DNA from: Longimicrobiales bacterium
GTDB lineage: Bacteria; Gemmatimonadota; Gemmatimonadetes; Longimicrobiales; Gaopeijiaceae
Assembly (NCBI GenBank): GCA_965249725.1
Contig: CBDFMQ010000002.1
Coordinates: forward strand, 320,001 to 384,000
DNA length: 64,000 bases
Direction of reading: 5' to 3'
Part shown: in pieces, positions 30,634 to 40,597 of the stretch
Layout of the letters: the number at the start of each line of letters is the position of its first letter
Position numbering within the stretch: the first letter of the stretch is position 1
Program-made: the position numbers and the translations under genes
Notes under the pieces: generated by a model
Seen by the model: the letters and a program-made list of their open reading frames with translations, nothing else
Told to the model about the DNA's origin: nothing
Databases searched by the model: none

Positions 30634-31260
30634 ATGAAAAACACAACTAATCTTCAGTCTGCGAACGACGGCGGGGCCAACGTCCCCGGTCGGGCTTCGA
30701 TTCATGGGCCACTCTCAGGGTTCACCCTGGTTGAGCTCCTGATCGTTCTATCGATCGTCGGGATCCTGATGACCATCGTGCTTCCCAGGATCGACGTCGC
30801 GCGTTTCCAGCTCGACGCCGCCATCCAAGAAGTAGCGTCGGCCGTTGCGAGCGCGAGAGGACAGGCGATCCTCCGTCAGCATGACTACGTGCTCATGTTC
30901 GAAGAAGACGAGGACCGGTTCTTCGTCCTAAACGACATGAACAACAACGGGCAGACGGACGCGGGTGAGGAGCGCAGGATGGTGCAGCTCTCCGAGCGCG
31001 TGAGGTTCCACCGCGGGGGTGCCGATCCGATCATGGGTCTGACCGGCCCCATCGCCTTTACCAAAATGGCGGAGTCACTTCCGGCCTTGATGTTCCATCG
31101 TAATGGCGCCGCCAGTGAAGAAGGCGTCATCTACATCACCTCTGTACGCGCCGTGACGGCGAGTAATCCCCAGGATTCGAGAGCCCTCCAGGTTGAGCGG
31201 GCCACTGGGCGCGTCCGTTGCTTTACCTATCGGACTTTGGCTTGGCAGGAAGGCTGCTGA
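30634..31260 (+). CDS. FimT/FimU/GspH-like minor pilin
   Basis: Class III signal G|FTLVELLIVLSIVGIL; ASARGQAI; FHRNG motif. Confidence 0.88.
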   Translation: MKNTTNLQSANDGGANVPGRASIHGPLSGFTLVELLIVLSIVGILMTIVLPRIDVARFQLDAAIQEVASAVASARGQAILRQHDYVLMFEEDEDRFFVLNDMNNNGQTDAGEERRMVQLSERVRFHRGGADPIMGLTGPIAFTKMAESLPALMFHRNGAASEEGVIYITSVRAVTASNPQDSRALQVERATGRVRCFTYRTLAWQEGC

Positions 31261-31262
31261 TT

Positions 31263-31649
31263 ATGAATAGACAAGGTTTCACGATCGTCGAGATGATTGT
31301 GGCGATTCTCATCCTCACCACCGCCATTCTGGGCATGGGCGCTTCGGCAGGATTCATGATGCAGGCGGCATCAGGCGCCGGCGTCAAGTCGGAGGCCCTA
31401 CAGGCGGTCGAGGGCCGGATTTCGCAGATCGTCATGGACCCGCGTTATACGGTGCTCGACTCCATCTACGGGGGCACCGAGACCACCCTGCCAGGCCTCG
31501 AGGGCTATGACCGCCAAACTGCGATCACCCACGTATACCAGGCAGGTGCACCGGGTAAGTTCACCGATTACAAGAGAATTGTCGTTACCGTTTCCGGGCC
31601 TGGCCTCACCGAGGACATCACCCGGACCATGATTGTGGGGACACCATGA
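31263..31649 (+). CDS. PilV-like minor pilin
   Basis: MNRQG|FTIVEMIVAILIL; KRIVVTVS strand. Confidence 0.85.
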   Translation: MNRQGFTIVEMIVAILILTTAILGMGASAGFMMQAASGAGVKSEALQAVEGRISQIVMDPRYTVLDSIYGGTETTLPGLEGYDRQTAITHVYQAGAPGKFTDYKRIVVTVSGPGLTEDITRTMIVGTP

Positions 31650-32815
31650 GTAGGCTAAAGAACCGTAGGGGCGAAGCTGGGTTCACCCTGATCGAGCTCC
31701 TTATCGTCACGCTGGTGTTCGGGATCGTCGTTGCAGGCGCGCTGGGCTTCATGACCGCTCAGCACAACGCCTTCAACAAGGGCTCCGACCAGCTGTTGAC
31801 GCTTCAGAACCTCCGTTATGCGTACCAGACGCTCGAGATCGACCTCTCGACGCTGGGCAGCAATGTACCCGCCGGGCAACCCGGCTTGGTCCTCGCTGAG
31901 GACGACGTGGTCGCCTTTACGGCGGACTACACGTCGAATCTCGCGAACGACGTGTCTGCCGTGTACATCGACCCGGACGCGCCCAGCGGGATGGTTCAGG
32001 CGCCACGCACCAGGATTTCGATTCCAGGTTCGTCCTTCTCTTGGCCGGATACGCTCTATCGGGCCCCCGGGGGCACGCCGAGCATGGCCGAATTGATCAT
32101 CTACTTCTTCGACCCGGATACAACGACGGCCCGGACCGATGACTATGTGCTCATGCGCAAGGTGAACACCGCGTCGCCGGAGGTCCTCTCGAGGAATCTC
32201 CTGAAGCAGGGCTCGACGCCGTTCTTCAGGTACTTCCGAGAGCGGACCTATACGAGTCAGAGCTCGGAGTTGGACAGCATTCCGGACGGCGACCTGCCGT
32301 TGTTCCATTCAGAGAAGCTTCACGGGTCCGCCAACGATACCGCGAACAGCGCCAGAGCCGACAGTATTCGCGCCGTGCGGGTGAGCTTCCGTGCGACCAA
32401 CGGGCATACGGGGGCCGATGAGAGATTCGCGGACGTGAGTCGGGTTATTGACCTGCCAAACGCCGGCTTCGGTATCGTCGGGACGTGCGGCGACGAGCCG
32501 CTGCTCGGCAACGATCTCAACTTGCAGATCGTCACGCCGAGTGGTACGCCGATCGTGCGGCTCACCTGGAACCCGGCGGTCGACGAAACCTCAGGCGAGA
32601 CCGACGTGATCCGGTATGTGATCTATCGTCGGGGCGTGCCCAACATCGGCGTGTGGGGAGATCCGATGCTGAGCATACCGGCCGGACAGGGCTCATACAC
32701 ATACGACGATGCGACGGCTGAAGTCGACAGCACATATCAGTACGTGCACGCGGCACAGGACTGCACACCGTCCCTGTCGTCCTTCTCACTGACCCAACAG
32801 ATCACCGTCAACTAG
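31646..32815 (+). CDS. PilW-like minor pilin with C-terminal FN3-like domain
   Basis: AG|FTLIELLIV; C-terminal VRLTWNP...YVIYR...YTYDD...TYQYV FN3 pattern. Confidence 0.85.
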   Translation: MSRLKNRRGEAGFTLIELLIVTLVFGIVVAGALGFMTAQHNAFNKGSDQLLTLQNLRYAYQTLEIDLSTLGSNVPAGQPGLVLAEDDVVAFTADYTSNLANDVSAVYIDPDAPSGMVQAPRTRISIPGSSFSWPDTLYRAPGGTPSMAELIIYFFDPDTTTARTDDYVLMRKVNTASPEVLSRNLLKQGSTPFFRYFRERTYTSQSSELDSIPDGDLPLFHSEKLHGSANDTANSARADSIRAVRVSFRATNGHTGADERFADVSRVIDLPNAGFGIVGTCGDEPLLGNDLNLQIVTPSGTPIVRLTWNPAVDETSGETDVIRYVIYRRGVPNIGVWGDPMLSIPAGQGSYTYDDATAEVDSTYQYVHAAQDCTPSLSSFSLTQQITVN

Positions 32816-32849
32816 AGCACTCGAGTTGATTTTAAGAGGGGATAGAACC

Positions 32850-34610
32850 ATGAAGACAGACATCAGAATCTCGAATCTCGGCTCGAAGGATGGGTTCGCT
32901 CTCGTCCTTACGATGCTGGTCGTGCTCGTCGTCGGTGCGTTGGTGACGGGAGCGGTCCTGGTTGGCGGCAACCACATTCTCGCCAATCGCTACTACGAGC
33001 GCAGCAACCAGCTCGATATCGTGGCCGACGGCGGGCTGGAGCTCGCTCGCGCCATGATCAACGGCAATCCCGCGCTGTATCCAGATAGCGCCTACAACAC
33101 CTTGGAGAACGGTGCCACGGTGACGGACGGAAACGGCGATGTTATTCCGGGCGTCAAGCGGTACCTCTACGCGGGGCCCACCGGTGTCACCTCCGGTCAG
33201 TACGGCATCTTCGGGAGCATCGTCTCCATCGTCACGGACGAGGGCGGCGGCCAGGTGGTCCGACGGTCACAGGTCTATCAGGAGAGCTTTGCCAAGTTCG
33301 CGTACTTCACCGACATCGAGCCGTCCAACATCTCGTTCGGTGGCGGCGACCAGATCTTCGGGCCGGTGCACACGAACTCGGATCTGAAGATCTACTCCTC
33401 GGGTGCGACCTTCCATAAAGAGGTGCGTACCGCCAAGCGGGTGCCTTCTCCGCAGAACGGCACGTTCAAGATGGGCTATGAGGAGTACGTGCCCGAGATC
33501 TCTATGCCGCAGACGGCTGATCTGACCAAAGTGGCGGCCCAGGCTGCCGCGGGTGGCACCTACTTCATCGGTGATACTCAGGGCGGCTACGCGCAGGCCA
33601 GCACCCGGATTCACTTCACCGCGATCGACCTGAACAACGATGGCGACGTAACCGATGACGACGAAGGCTTCTTCAAGGTCTATCGGTCCAACAACGAGGC
33701 CTGGGTGGTCGGGGCTTGGGACAACAACCTCACCAACAATACGAACTGCGGTGCACACTATGCCGGGAACCTGTTCGTCTCGGCGGCGGACCACCCCTAC
33801 GACCACGACGCCAACCCGGGCACGCCCGCCATCACGGCGATCACTGCCCTGACCTCCGGTACGAGGCGTTGCTACCTGGGTGGGGACTCGACGATCACCA
33901 ACGCCTTCGTCGCCAACGACGGCACCGGCACATGGCTGCCCTACACCGGCACGCAGGCTCCCGGTCTCGTGGGACGTCCCGATGCCGGCTTCCTCTTCCC
34001 GCTGGCCCGTAGGTACAATCCCACCTTCAAGGGTGTCATCGCCGTCAGCGGCAAGGTCGCACTCAGTGGTGTCCTCCGCGGGAAGGTGACGCTGTCCGCC
34101 ACCGACGACATCATCTTCGCCGACGACGTCCAGTACGCGACGAATCCGGGCGCGGGGTTGTGCCAGGACATGTTGGGGATCTTTTCGGGAGACGACGTGA
34201 TCGTGGCTGACAATCTGTTGAACGCTCCGCAGAGGCCGCAGAACGGCTGGAACCACCGCACGTACGACGACACGAGCAGCGAGTTCTTCGACGGTGTGGT
34301 CCTGGCCCTCGACATCTTCACGGTGCAGAACTACAACCAGGGCAGCCGGAACGACGAGAACTGCGAGGCCAAGGTCTGGGGCCGCGGCTGCCTCTACCTC
34401 ACGGGTGGTATCATCCAGAGGACTCGTGGAGCGGTCGGAACCGGAGCCGGCACAGGCTACGTGAAGCGTTACAGCTACGACAGCTGTGCCGCCGAAGAGC
34501 CGCCGCCGTACTTCCCGACCACGGGGCACTTCTCGAAGGGGCAGTACTACCAGGTCGACCCGGTAGGCTTCTCGGTGTCCTCCTACTACGAGCAGCTGAC
34601 GCCGAGCTGA
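32850..34610 (+). CDS. Large PilX-like minor pilin
   Basis: DG|FALVLTML lacks Glu5, typical of PilX/GspK; ADGGLELA; GPVHTN; GGIIQ...GYVKRYSYD...PPPYFP. Confidence 0.8.
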   Translation: MKTDIRISNLGSKDGFALVLTMLVVLVVGALVTGAVLVGGNHILANRYYERSNQLDIVADGGLELARAMINGNPALYPDSAYNTLENGATVTDGNGDVIPGVKRYLYAGPTGVTSGQYGIFGSIVSIVTDEGGGQVVRRSQVYQESFAKFAYFTDIEPSNISFGGGDQIFGPVHTNSDLKIYSSGATFHKEVRTAKRVPSPQNGTFKMGYEEYVPEISMPQTADLTKVAAQAAAGGTYFIGDTQGGYAQASTRIHFTAIDLNNDGDVTDDDEGFFKVYRSNNEAWVVGAWDNNLTNNTNCGAHYAGNLFVSAADHPYDHDANPGTPAITAITALTSGTRRCYLGGDSTITNAFVANDGTGTWLPYTGTQAPGLVGRPDAGFLFPLARRYNPTFKGVIAVSGKVALSGVLRGKVTLSATDDIIFADDVQYATNPGAGLCQDMLGIFSGDDVIVADNLLNAPQRPQNGWNHRTYDDTSSEFFDGVVLALDIFTVQNYNQGSRNDENCEAKVWGRGCLYLTGGIIQRTRGAVGTGAGTGYVKRYSYDSCAAEEPPPYFPTTGHFSKGQYYQVDPVGFSVSSYYEQLTPS

Positions 34611-34639
34611 CCCGAGTCGGCAGAGCTTCTCTGCAACGG

Positions 34640-34688
34640 CGCCGGGCGAGGGCGTGACCACCTTCGGGTGGCCACGACCCGCCCGGCG
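34640..34688. terminator. GC-rich hairpin with C(UUCG)G loop between convergent genes
   Basis: CGCCGGGCG...CCACC-TTCG-GGTGG...CGCCCGGCG; only a short T tail. Confidence 0.6.
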
Positions 34689-34736
34689 TTCGTCGTTCTA
34701 GGCGCCCTCAGGCTGGACGCGTACAACGCCCCCTCG

Positions 34737-36446
34737 CTACCGTCCTCCCGGCAGCACCCTGAGGTCCTTCTTCGCTACCACCGACATGCCCGGAAAGCGC
34801 CAGCGTTCGGACTGCATCTCCGTGCCATTCCACTCGACAGCGATCTCGAGCCAGCGGTCCCGCGGAAGCCCACAAGCGGCGTAATATCCGTCGTTTCGTT
34901 CCACGGCCACCTGCGCCTCCATGTCCGTCCCCTGGAAGCCGCCGGCAAGGGCTCGCACCTCCTGCCAACGGATCAGGATGTTGGCTCCACGGGCCGGGGT
35001 CCCCGACGTGAGCAGTACGTGCCCCGCCATGATCCCGCCGCCTTCTCTCGGGTCATGCGGTCCGCAGATCTCCGTCAGGGCCGGGACGGCTCCAGGGAAC
35101 CGCAGACGAACCGTCGACACTTCGCCGGGAATGGACTCCGCATAGACGGTCGGCGAAGGGATGCCTAGCGGGTGGAGAGCCGGATTGGACACGCTGAGCA
35201 AGTAGTTGCCCTTGAGAAGTGAAGAAAACCGGAATCGTCCCTCTGCGTCGGTTGTGTCCTGCATAGTCTCGAGGAAGACGATGGCTCCTGAGACGGGGCC
35301 GACGCCTACCGAGTCCACTACGACCCCCTCCACGATCCCAGCCCGCGAGTCGAGGACGATCTCGTTCCGCGTGTTGCTGACGCGAACGATCAGGCCCCCC
35401 TCCTCCCTGATGCCCGTCAATTCGGTCCGCACCCCTCCGTTCCGCAGCCGGGTAAGGGCCAGGTGCGGCATGCGGATTGTCCATTCCTGGACGATCCACG
35501 TTCCGTTCGGCAGCCCCTCGAAGCTCACTCGGCCTCCCAGGCGATCTCGATTCGGCACATCGAGTTCCTCGTAATCGTAGTCGAGCCACTGGAGTTCGCC
35601 GTTGGTCGGATCGACCCACAAGGTGCCGCTGATCTCCGTGACCCCCCGGTCTTCGACCGGCTCGAAAACGAGCCCGATGAGCCCCTGCGATTCGTCCCCG
35701 CCCTCGGTCAGGCGCATGCAATGCGTGTCGAGGAAGGGATCTGACAGGAGCACGTCGGCGTCGGGAGCGTAGTAGACGCTGCCGTCGCCGTCCGGCCTGA
35801 CGAACCCTCGGCTCAGAAGATCGTCCACCGGGAGGCTCTTCCAGGGATTGGGCGTGAGTTGCCTGTCGACCCGGCTGTTTTCACTCAGGACCCGCGTGCC
35901 GCGAGCATCCAACTCCCGTTCGAAATGTCGGATGACGTACCGGTAGAGCCCCCGCCGGGTGGTCTGCGAGGTGGCTTCGAGGGCCTTTCGGGCTTCCTCC
36001 CACACCCTGGCCGTCGCTTGATTCGATCCGGGCCGCACCTCACATCGCCGACCGCTTTCGACGGTCAGGCCCTCCAGGACGATGGCTTCCACGGGGATCT
36101 CGAGGCGCCGCAGCACGGTTTGGTCCGCATTGACGGTGATCAGATCGGAGACAACGCTGGCATGGCCGATGCGGTCGGCCCGGAGTCGGTATGTACCGCC
36201 ACGCTGGAGGACGAAGCTGAACCGCCCGGCCGGGTCGGTCAGGCGCCAGGAGATCTGTCGATCGGCCTCGTCGAGCAAGACGACGGCGGCGCCGTCCACC
36301 GGGACCTCGCTGAGCTCCTCGACCAACGTGCCGCGAATGATCTGGGCCCGGAGGGACGGCCCGCGCAGGAAGAGGGCGACCAGGACGCTCGCAAGGAGGA
36401 ACACCCGGGTTCGTCGGAGTGAGTCGGTCATCGATCGGGTCTCCAT
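34737..36446 (-). CDS. Exported carboxypeptidase-regulatory-like domain protein
   Basis: Signal peptide; repeated G-x-V-V...PV-x-GA-x-V...TD-x-x-GRF domains. Confidence 0.85.
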   Translation of the reverse strand: METRSMTDSLRRTRVFLLASVLVALFLRGPSLRAQIIRGTLVEELSEVPVDGAAVVLLDEADRQISWRLTDPAGRFSFVLQRGGTYRLRADRIGHASVVSDLITVNADQTVLRRLEIPVEAIVLEGLTVESGRRCEVRPGSNQATARVWEEARKALEATSQTTRRGLYRYVIRHFERELDARGTRVLSENSRVDRQLTPNPWKSLPVDDLLSRGFVRPDGDGSVYYAPDADVLLSDPFLDTHCMRLTEGGDESQGLIGLVFEPVEDRGVTEISGTLWVDPTNGELQWLDYDYEELDVPNRDRLGGRVSFEGLPNGTWIVQEWTIRMPHLALTRLRNGGVRTELTGIREEGGLIVRVSNTRNEIVLDSRAGIVEGVVVDSVGVGPVSGAIVFLETMQDTTDAEGRFRFSSLLKGNYLLSVSNPALHPLGIPSPTVYAESIPGEVSTVRLRFPGAVPALTEICGPHDPREGGGIMAGHVLLTSGTPARGANILIRWQEVRALAGGFQGTDMEAQVAVERNDGYYAACGLPRDRWLEIAVEWNGTEMQSERWRFPGMSVVAKKDLRVLPGGR

Positions 36447-36523
36447 CCCACTACCTCACGCCTCACGGATCGGAACGCTCGGTCCCCTACAAGGTAGCCA
36501 CCTCCGGGCTTTGTTGCGCCCGC

Positions 36524-36539
36524 TGGCATCGGCCTTGCA
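36524..36539 (+). promoter_or_regulatory. Sigma54 promoter upstream of the S9 peptidase
   Basis: TGGCAT-CGGCC-TTGCA, near-consensus -24/-12. Confidence 0.6.
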
Positions 36540-36632
36540 CAAAGGGACACCATCCGTCCGCCCCAGCCTATGGATTACCTGGAGGGGTGACGAATAGATT
36601 CACTCCCCCGCTACGCGAATGAGACGGAGACT

Positions 36633-38738
36633 ATGGTGAGTGCGATCCCGAAGAGTGGACTCGGCCTGACGGCGCTGATTGTGGCGCTCGGGGCATCGAC
36701 TCCGGTCGTCGGCCAGCAGCGCGGATTCCAGGCCGAGGACTACTACGACATCGTGACGGTATCCGACGTGGCCGTATCTCCTGTCGGGGATCTCGTCGCG
36801 TTCACGGTCACGCGTGTTCTGGAGGAGGAGAATCGGCGACAGAGAGAGGTCTGGATGCAGGCCCTCGAGAACGGCCGGCCGGACGGAGAGGCGTATTCGT
36901 TTACCGACCCCACCGAGGACTCCCACTCTCCCGTCTGGTCCTTTGACGGGTCGCTGCTCTCATTCACGTCGGAACGCGGAGAGGATGCGAACTCGACGTG
37001 GTTCGTCCGCGTCATGGCCCGCGGTGGGGAAGCGTTCCACATCGACGGCGTGCGCGGGGATCCCGTTTGGTCTCAGGATGGCCAGTGGATCGCCTATCTC
37101 GCGGAACCCGAGGACGCGTCGTCCGAGGAACAGGAGGGTTGGATCGCTCCAGATGCGCTCACGCGCACCCTGGATGCCGAGCGTTTCGATGGCAGGGTCA
37201 TCACCTCGGCCCGATACAAGCGTGACGGTACCCAGACGTTCCGGCCCCACCCGTCCGTGGAAGACCCCAACCAGCTGTACCTGGTGTCGGCGGAGGGCGG
37301 ATCGCCTCGTCGCTTGACCGAACTTCCTTTCGACAAGGCTGACGCGCGTTGGTCGGCGGACGGCCGGACGCTGTTCTTCACCGGGGACGAGCTGCAGGCC
37401 GACGAGAGCAACGAGGATTTGACTCAAGACATCTGGGTCGCTCGTGTGACCGATGGCTCGGTAACCCGGCTCACGGACAACCCGGGCTCCCAGACCTCCC
37501 CCGCACCGTCCCCCGACGGCGGGCGGCTGGCGTTCCAGTACGTGTCCGAGCGGGGCGCGCCTCAGGACCTCATGGTGGTGGATATCGGAGCCGGCGGCAG
37601 CTTCGAGGGTGTGCCGGTCAACCTGACGGTGGACTGGGATCTCGATCCGGGACCACCCGAGTGGACCGCGGACGGAACAGGCATCCTCTTCGAGGCGTCC
37701 ATCGCCGGCGACCGGCACCTTTTTCGGGTTCCCGCGTCCGGAGGCCCTGTCACGCAGGTGACCCGCGGCGAGCGGCGGCTCAGCAGCATCTCCCTCTCCG
37801 AACGTGGTCACATCATGGCCTATTCAGCCACGGACGCGGTTTCACCGACCGAGCTCTTCGTGGCGCGAGGTGACGGCACGGGCGAGCGGCAGGCCACCAC
37901 GCTCAACCAGGACTGGATGTCGGACGTGACGCTGGTAGCTCCCGAGCGACTCACCTGGACCGTAGGTGACGGCGTGCAGGTCGAAGGCTGGGTCGTAAAG
38001 CCGGTGAACTACCAGGCGGGGCGGAAATACCCACTGATCCTCAAGATCCATGGCGGGCCCCACGGCGCCTACGGCAACACGTTCTTCCCGACCTTCCACG
38101 TCTTGTCCGCGGCCGGCTTCTTCGTCCTCTACTCCAATCCGAGAGGATCGAGTGCCTACGGGCACGACTTCAAGTACGCCACGAGAGGCCAGTGGGGCGT
38201 GATGGACAGCGAGGACTTCCTATCGGGAGTGGATGCAGCGTTGGCCAAGTATCCCGACGCCGACGCGTCCCGGCTCGGGGTCTCCGGCGGGAGCTACGGC
38301 GGATTCATGACCAACTGGCTCACGGCGACGTCAGATCGGTTTCACGCCGCCGTGACCTCGCGCTCGATCGCCAATTGGGAGAGCTGGTGGGGTTCGTCCG
38401 ATGCTCAGGGGCTGACGCGCTACGAGTTCTACGGAGAGCCGTGGGAGCGGCGGGACCTCTATCGACGGCTGTCCCCCATCTCATACGTGGAGAACGTGAC
38501 GGCTCCGACGCTCATCATCCACAGCGAGAACGACTTCCGGACACCGATCGGCGATGGGGAGCAGTGGTTCATGGCCCTGAAGAAGTTGGACGTGCCGGTG
38601 GAGTTGGTGCGCTACCCGCGGTCGTCCCACGGGCTATCGAGAACGGGAGAGCCGTGGCTGTTGGTCGATCGCCTGGAGCGGCTTCAAAGCTGGTTCCGTC
38701 ATTGGCTTGTCGAGCGAGAGCCTGCCATCACGTTCTAG
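36633..38738 (+). CDS. S9 family (acylaminoacyl/dipeptidyl) peptidase, secreted
   Basis: Signal peptide, PD40-like propeller, IHGGPH, NPRGS, GGSYGG, END and SHG triad motifs. Confidence 0.95.
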   Translation: MVSAIPKSGLGLTALIVALGASTPVVGQQRGFQAEDYYDIVTVSDVAVSPVGDLVAFTVTRVLEEENRRQREVWMQALENGRPDGEAYSFTDPTEDSHSPVWSFDGSLLSFTSERGEDANSTWFVRVMARGGEAFHIDGVRGDPVWSQDGQWIAYLAEPEDASSEEQEGWIAPDALTRTLDAERFDGRVITSARYKRDGTQTFRPHPSVEDPNQLYLVSAEGGSPRRLTELPFDKADARWSADGRTLFFTGDELQADESNEDLTQDIWVARVTDGSVTRLTDNPGSQTSPAPSPDGGRLAFQYVSERGAPQDLMVVDIGAGGSFEGVPVNLTVDWDLDPGPPEWTADGTGILFEASIAGDRHLFRVPASGGPVTQVTRGERRLSSISLSERGHIMAYSATDAVSPTELFVARGDGTGERQATTLNQDWMSDVTLVAPERLTWTVGDGVQVEGWVVKPVNYQAGRKYPLILKIHGGPHGAYGNTFFPTFHVLSAAGFFVLYSNPRGSSAYGHDFKYATRGQWGVMDSEDFLSGVDAALAKYPDADASRLGVSGGSYGGFMTNWLTATSDRFHAAVTSRSIANWESWWGSSDAQGLTRYEFYGEPWERRDLYRRLSPISYVENVTAPTLIIHSENDFRTPIGDGEQWFMALKKLDVPVELVRYPRSSHGLSRTGEPWLLVDRLERLQSWFRHWLVEREPAITF

Positions 38739-39454
38739 CCCCCCGGCCTTCGGGCCCGGGTGGGGCCTGAACCGTGTGGGATGGGCCGCGCCTGGGGCCG
38801 CGCGTCGGTTCGACCCGGCGCGCGGTGCCGTACCTGTCTCAGTGACACGCCATCCCTCATGGCCCTCAACATCTCGCCTGCTGCGTCTCTGGCGAGGGCA
38901 CCTTCGCGTACGAGACGGCGAAGGGCGGTCGGTACCTCGAGCAATCCGTCCTCTCCCTGGGTCCGTGCCAGAGCCTCCTGCATGACTTCAATGGCTCTAC
39001 CGGCGGGAACCCCCGCCTCCACGAGGTCGCCCATGACCACCAACGCCATCGGGGTGCGTGCCCCCGCTTCCTGTCCGATAGATGTCAGGGCGTCGGACTC
39101 CACTCCGCGACGGAGCGCGTCGGCTCCAGCCACCACCCACGCCGCCTCGCTCGTACCGCCCAGGAATCCCTGGGCCTGCCGCATGCGACCGGAGTACTCA
39201 CGCAGGGCCGGCATGACACGAGCGGCCGGAACTCGTTTGGCGGCTCCCTCAAGCGCTTTGTCATACAGCGGCGTCGTCGGGATCCCGTTGCGGGCCGCTT
39301 CGGCGACGAGCGCTTGGATCTCGGCCGCAGCCTCAGGGGGATAGGCATCGCGGACTCGCTGGGCCTGATCCTGCCCCGAGAGTGTGCCGGCTGAGCTCGC
39401 GGCCACCATGGTCGCCAGCGTCAGGATTCTCACGGTCCTTTTATTGGACGTCAT
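38735..39454 (-). CDS. Exported helical hypothetical protein (last gene of the ECF-CBM48 operon)
   Basis: Signal peptide; KALEGAAKRVP, AGADALRRGV, DLVEAGVP; GAAGGAGG RBS. Confidence 0.8.
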   Translation of the reverse strand: MTSNKRTVRILTLATMVAASSAGTLSGQDQAQRVRDAYPPEAAAEIQALVAEAARNGIPTTPLYDKALEGAAKRVPAARVMPALREYSGRMRQAQGFLGGTSEAAWVVAGADALRRGVESDALTSIGQEAGARTPMALVVMGDLVEAGVPAGRAIEVMQEALARTQGEDGLLEVPTALRRLVREGALARDAAGEMLRAMRDGVSLRQVRHRAPGRTDARPQARPIPHGSGPTRARRPGG

Positions 39455-39467
39455 TTTAGTCCCTCCT

Positions 39468-40595
39468 TCACGGGACCACGATTGTAGCGTTCATCTGTCC
39501 CCAGTCATCACTGACCTGACCCGGGGCATCGGCCGGCACAAACCACTCTCCGTCCACCAGAAAGCCGAAGTGGTACGTGCCAGGCGTCAACGGAATCTCC
39601 AGAATCCAGGCACGGCCGTCGCGAGCCATTGCCTTTGGTTCCCAACTTGAAAAGTCGCCCAGAACCTCGACTCGCTGGGCGGCCTGGTTCTCGACACGGA
39701 AGAGGGCCGAGGCCCCTCCCGACATCTCCCCCAAGACCACGACCCGCTTCCCGGCGGTCGGTCCGAACCGCACGAGCCGGCGGCCGATCACGAGCCCTCC
39801 TTGTCCACCCGGCTCGCTTTGCACCAACGGATCGGGGTCGGTACGCCCCCCCACCAACTGGGCGAACCAGCTGGGACCGCCCACAGGTATCGTCAGGGCG
39901 ATGCTCCCGGTGGTTTCGACTCCCAGTGGTGTGTCCCAGATCCGCAGGATGGCATCGACCAACGAACCATTCGCGCCCATCGAGCGGATCTGGAATTCAC
40001 CCCTTTGATACGTCCCGCCCTCGGTCTCGAGCACGCCAAACGACACTGACGTGATCGCTCTACCAAGTCGCAGTTGCAGTTCGGGGCCGCCTCCGTAGTG
40101 CCAGAGGTCCTGGGTGAAGGACCTGACGTGATCGGTGGACCGAAACTAGATGGTCGAGGAGCCCTTGCCTCCCTCTCCGTACAGCACCAGAGCGGCTCGT
40201 CCAATGGGGAGGCGTACCTCAGGGCGAGTCGACACGGTGAGCGCCTCGTAGACGAACGGCTCACCTACGGCGAAGCCGTAGACCGAACCGGCCAGGCTGA
40301 ACTCCACCGGCCCGCCTACGCCCCTTGCGGCCTTCCCGCCCAAGACAAAGCTCCCCCAATCCCCACCGATGGAGTCGGTCGCCATGCCCCCGAAGACGCC
40401 GGCGAACACGCCGCTGCCCGAGGATGTCCAGCGATCGGCCTGAAGGCCGATCGTCAGGTAGGTCGAGGCGTCCAGGTTGGTACCCGAAGCCGCGAAGGCC
40501 CTCGAGCCACCGGCCTCCACGCGAACGTCTCCCCATTGGGCGGAGACCCCAGCGGGCCACAGCACCACCATCAGGAGAACGAGCCGGGTCATCAT
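39468..40595 (-). pseudogene. Exported beta-barrel-like protein with C-terminal CBM48 (glycogen-binding) domain, interrupted by one in-frame TAG
   Basis: ORFs 40146-40595 and 39468-40046 share a frame with a single TAG at 40146-40148 (GSSTI*FRSTD); CBM48 pattern GDFSSW...PGTYHFGFLVDGEW. Confidence 0.75.
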
Positions 40596-40597
40596 GG

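Noticed and set aside
40146..40148. Alternative genetic code or pyrrolysine
   Set aside because: TAG and TGA both end many genuine genes here; no pyl genes in the window.
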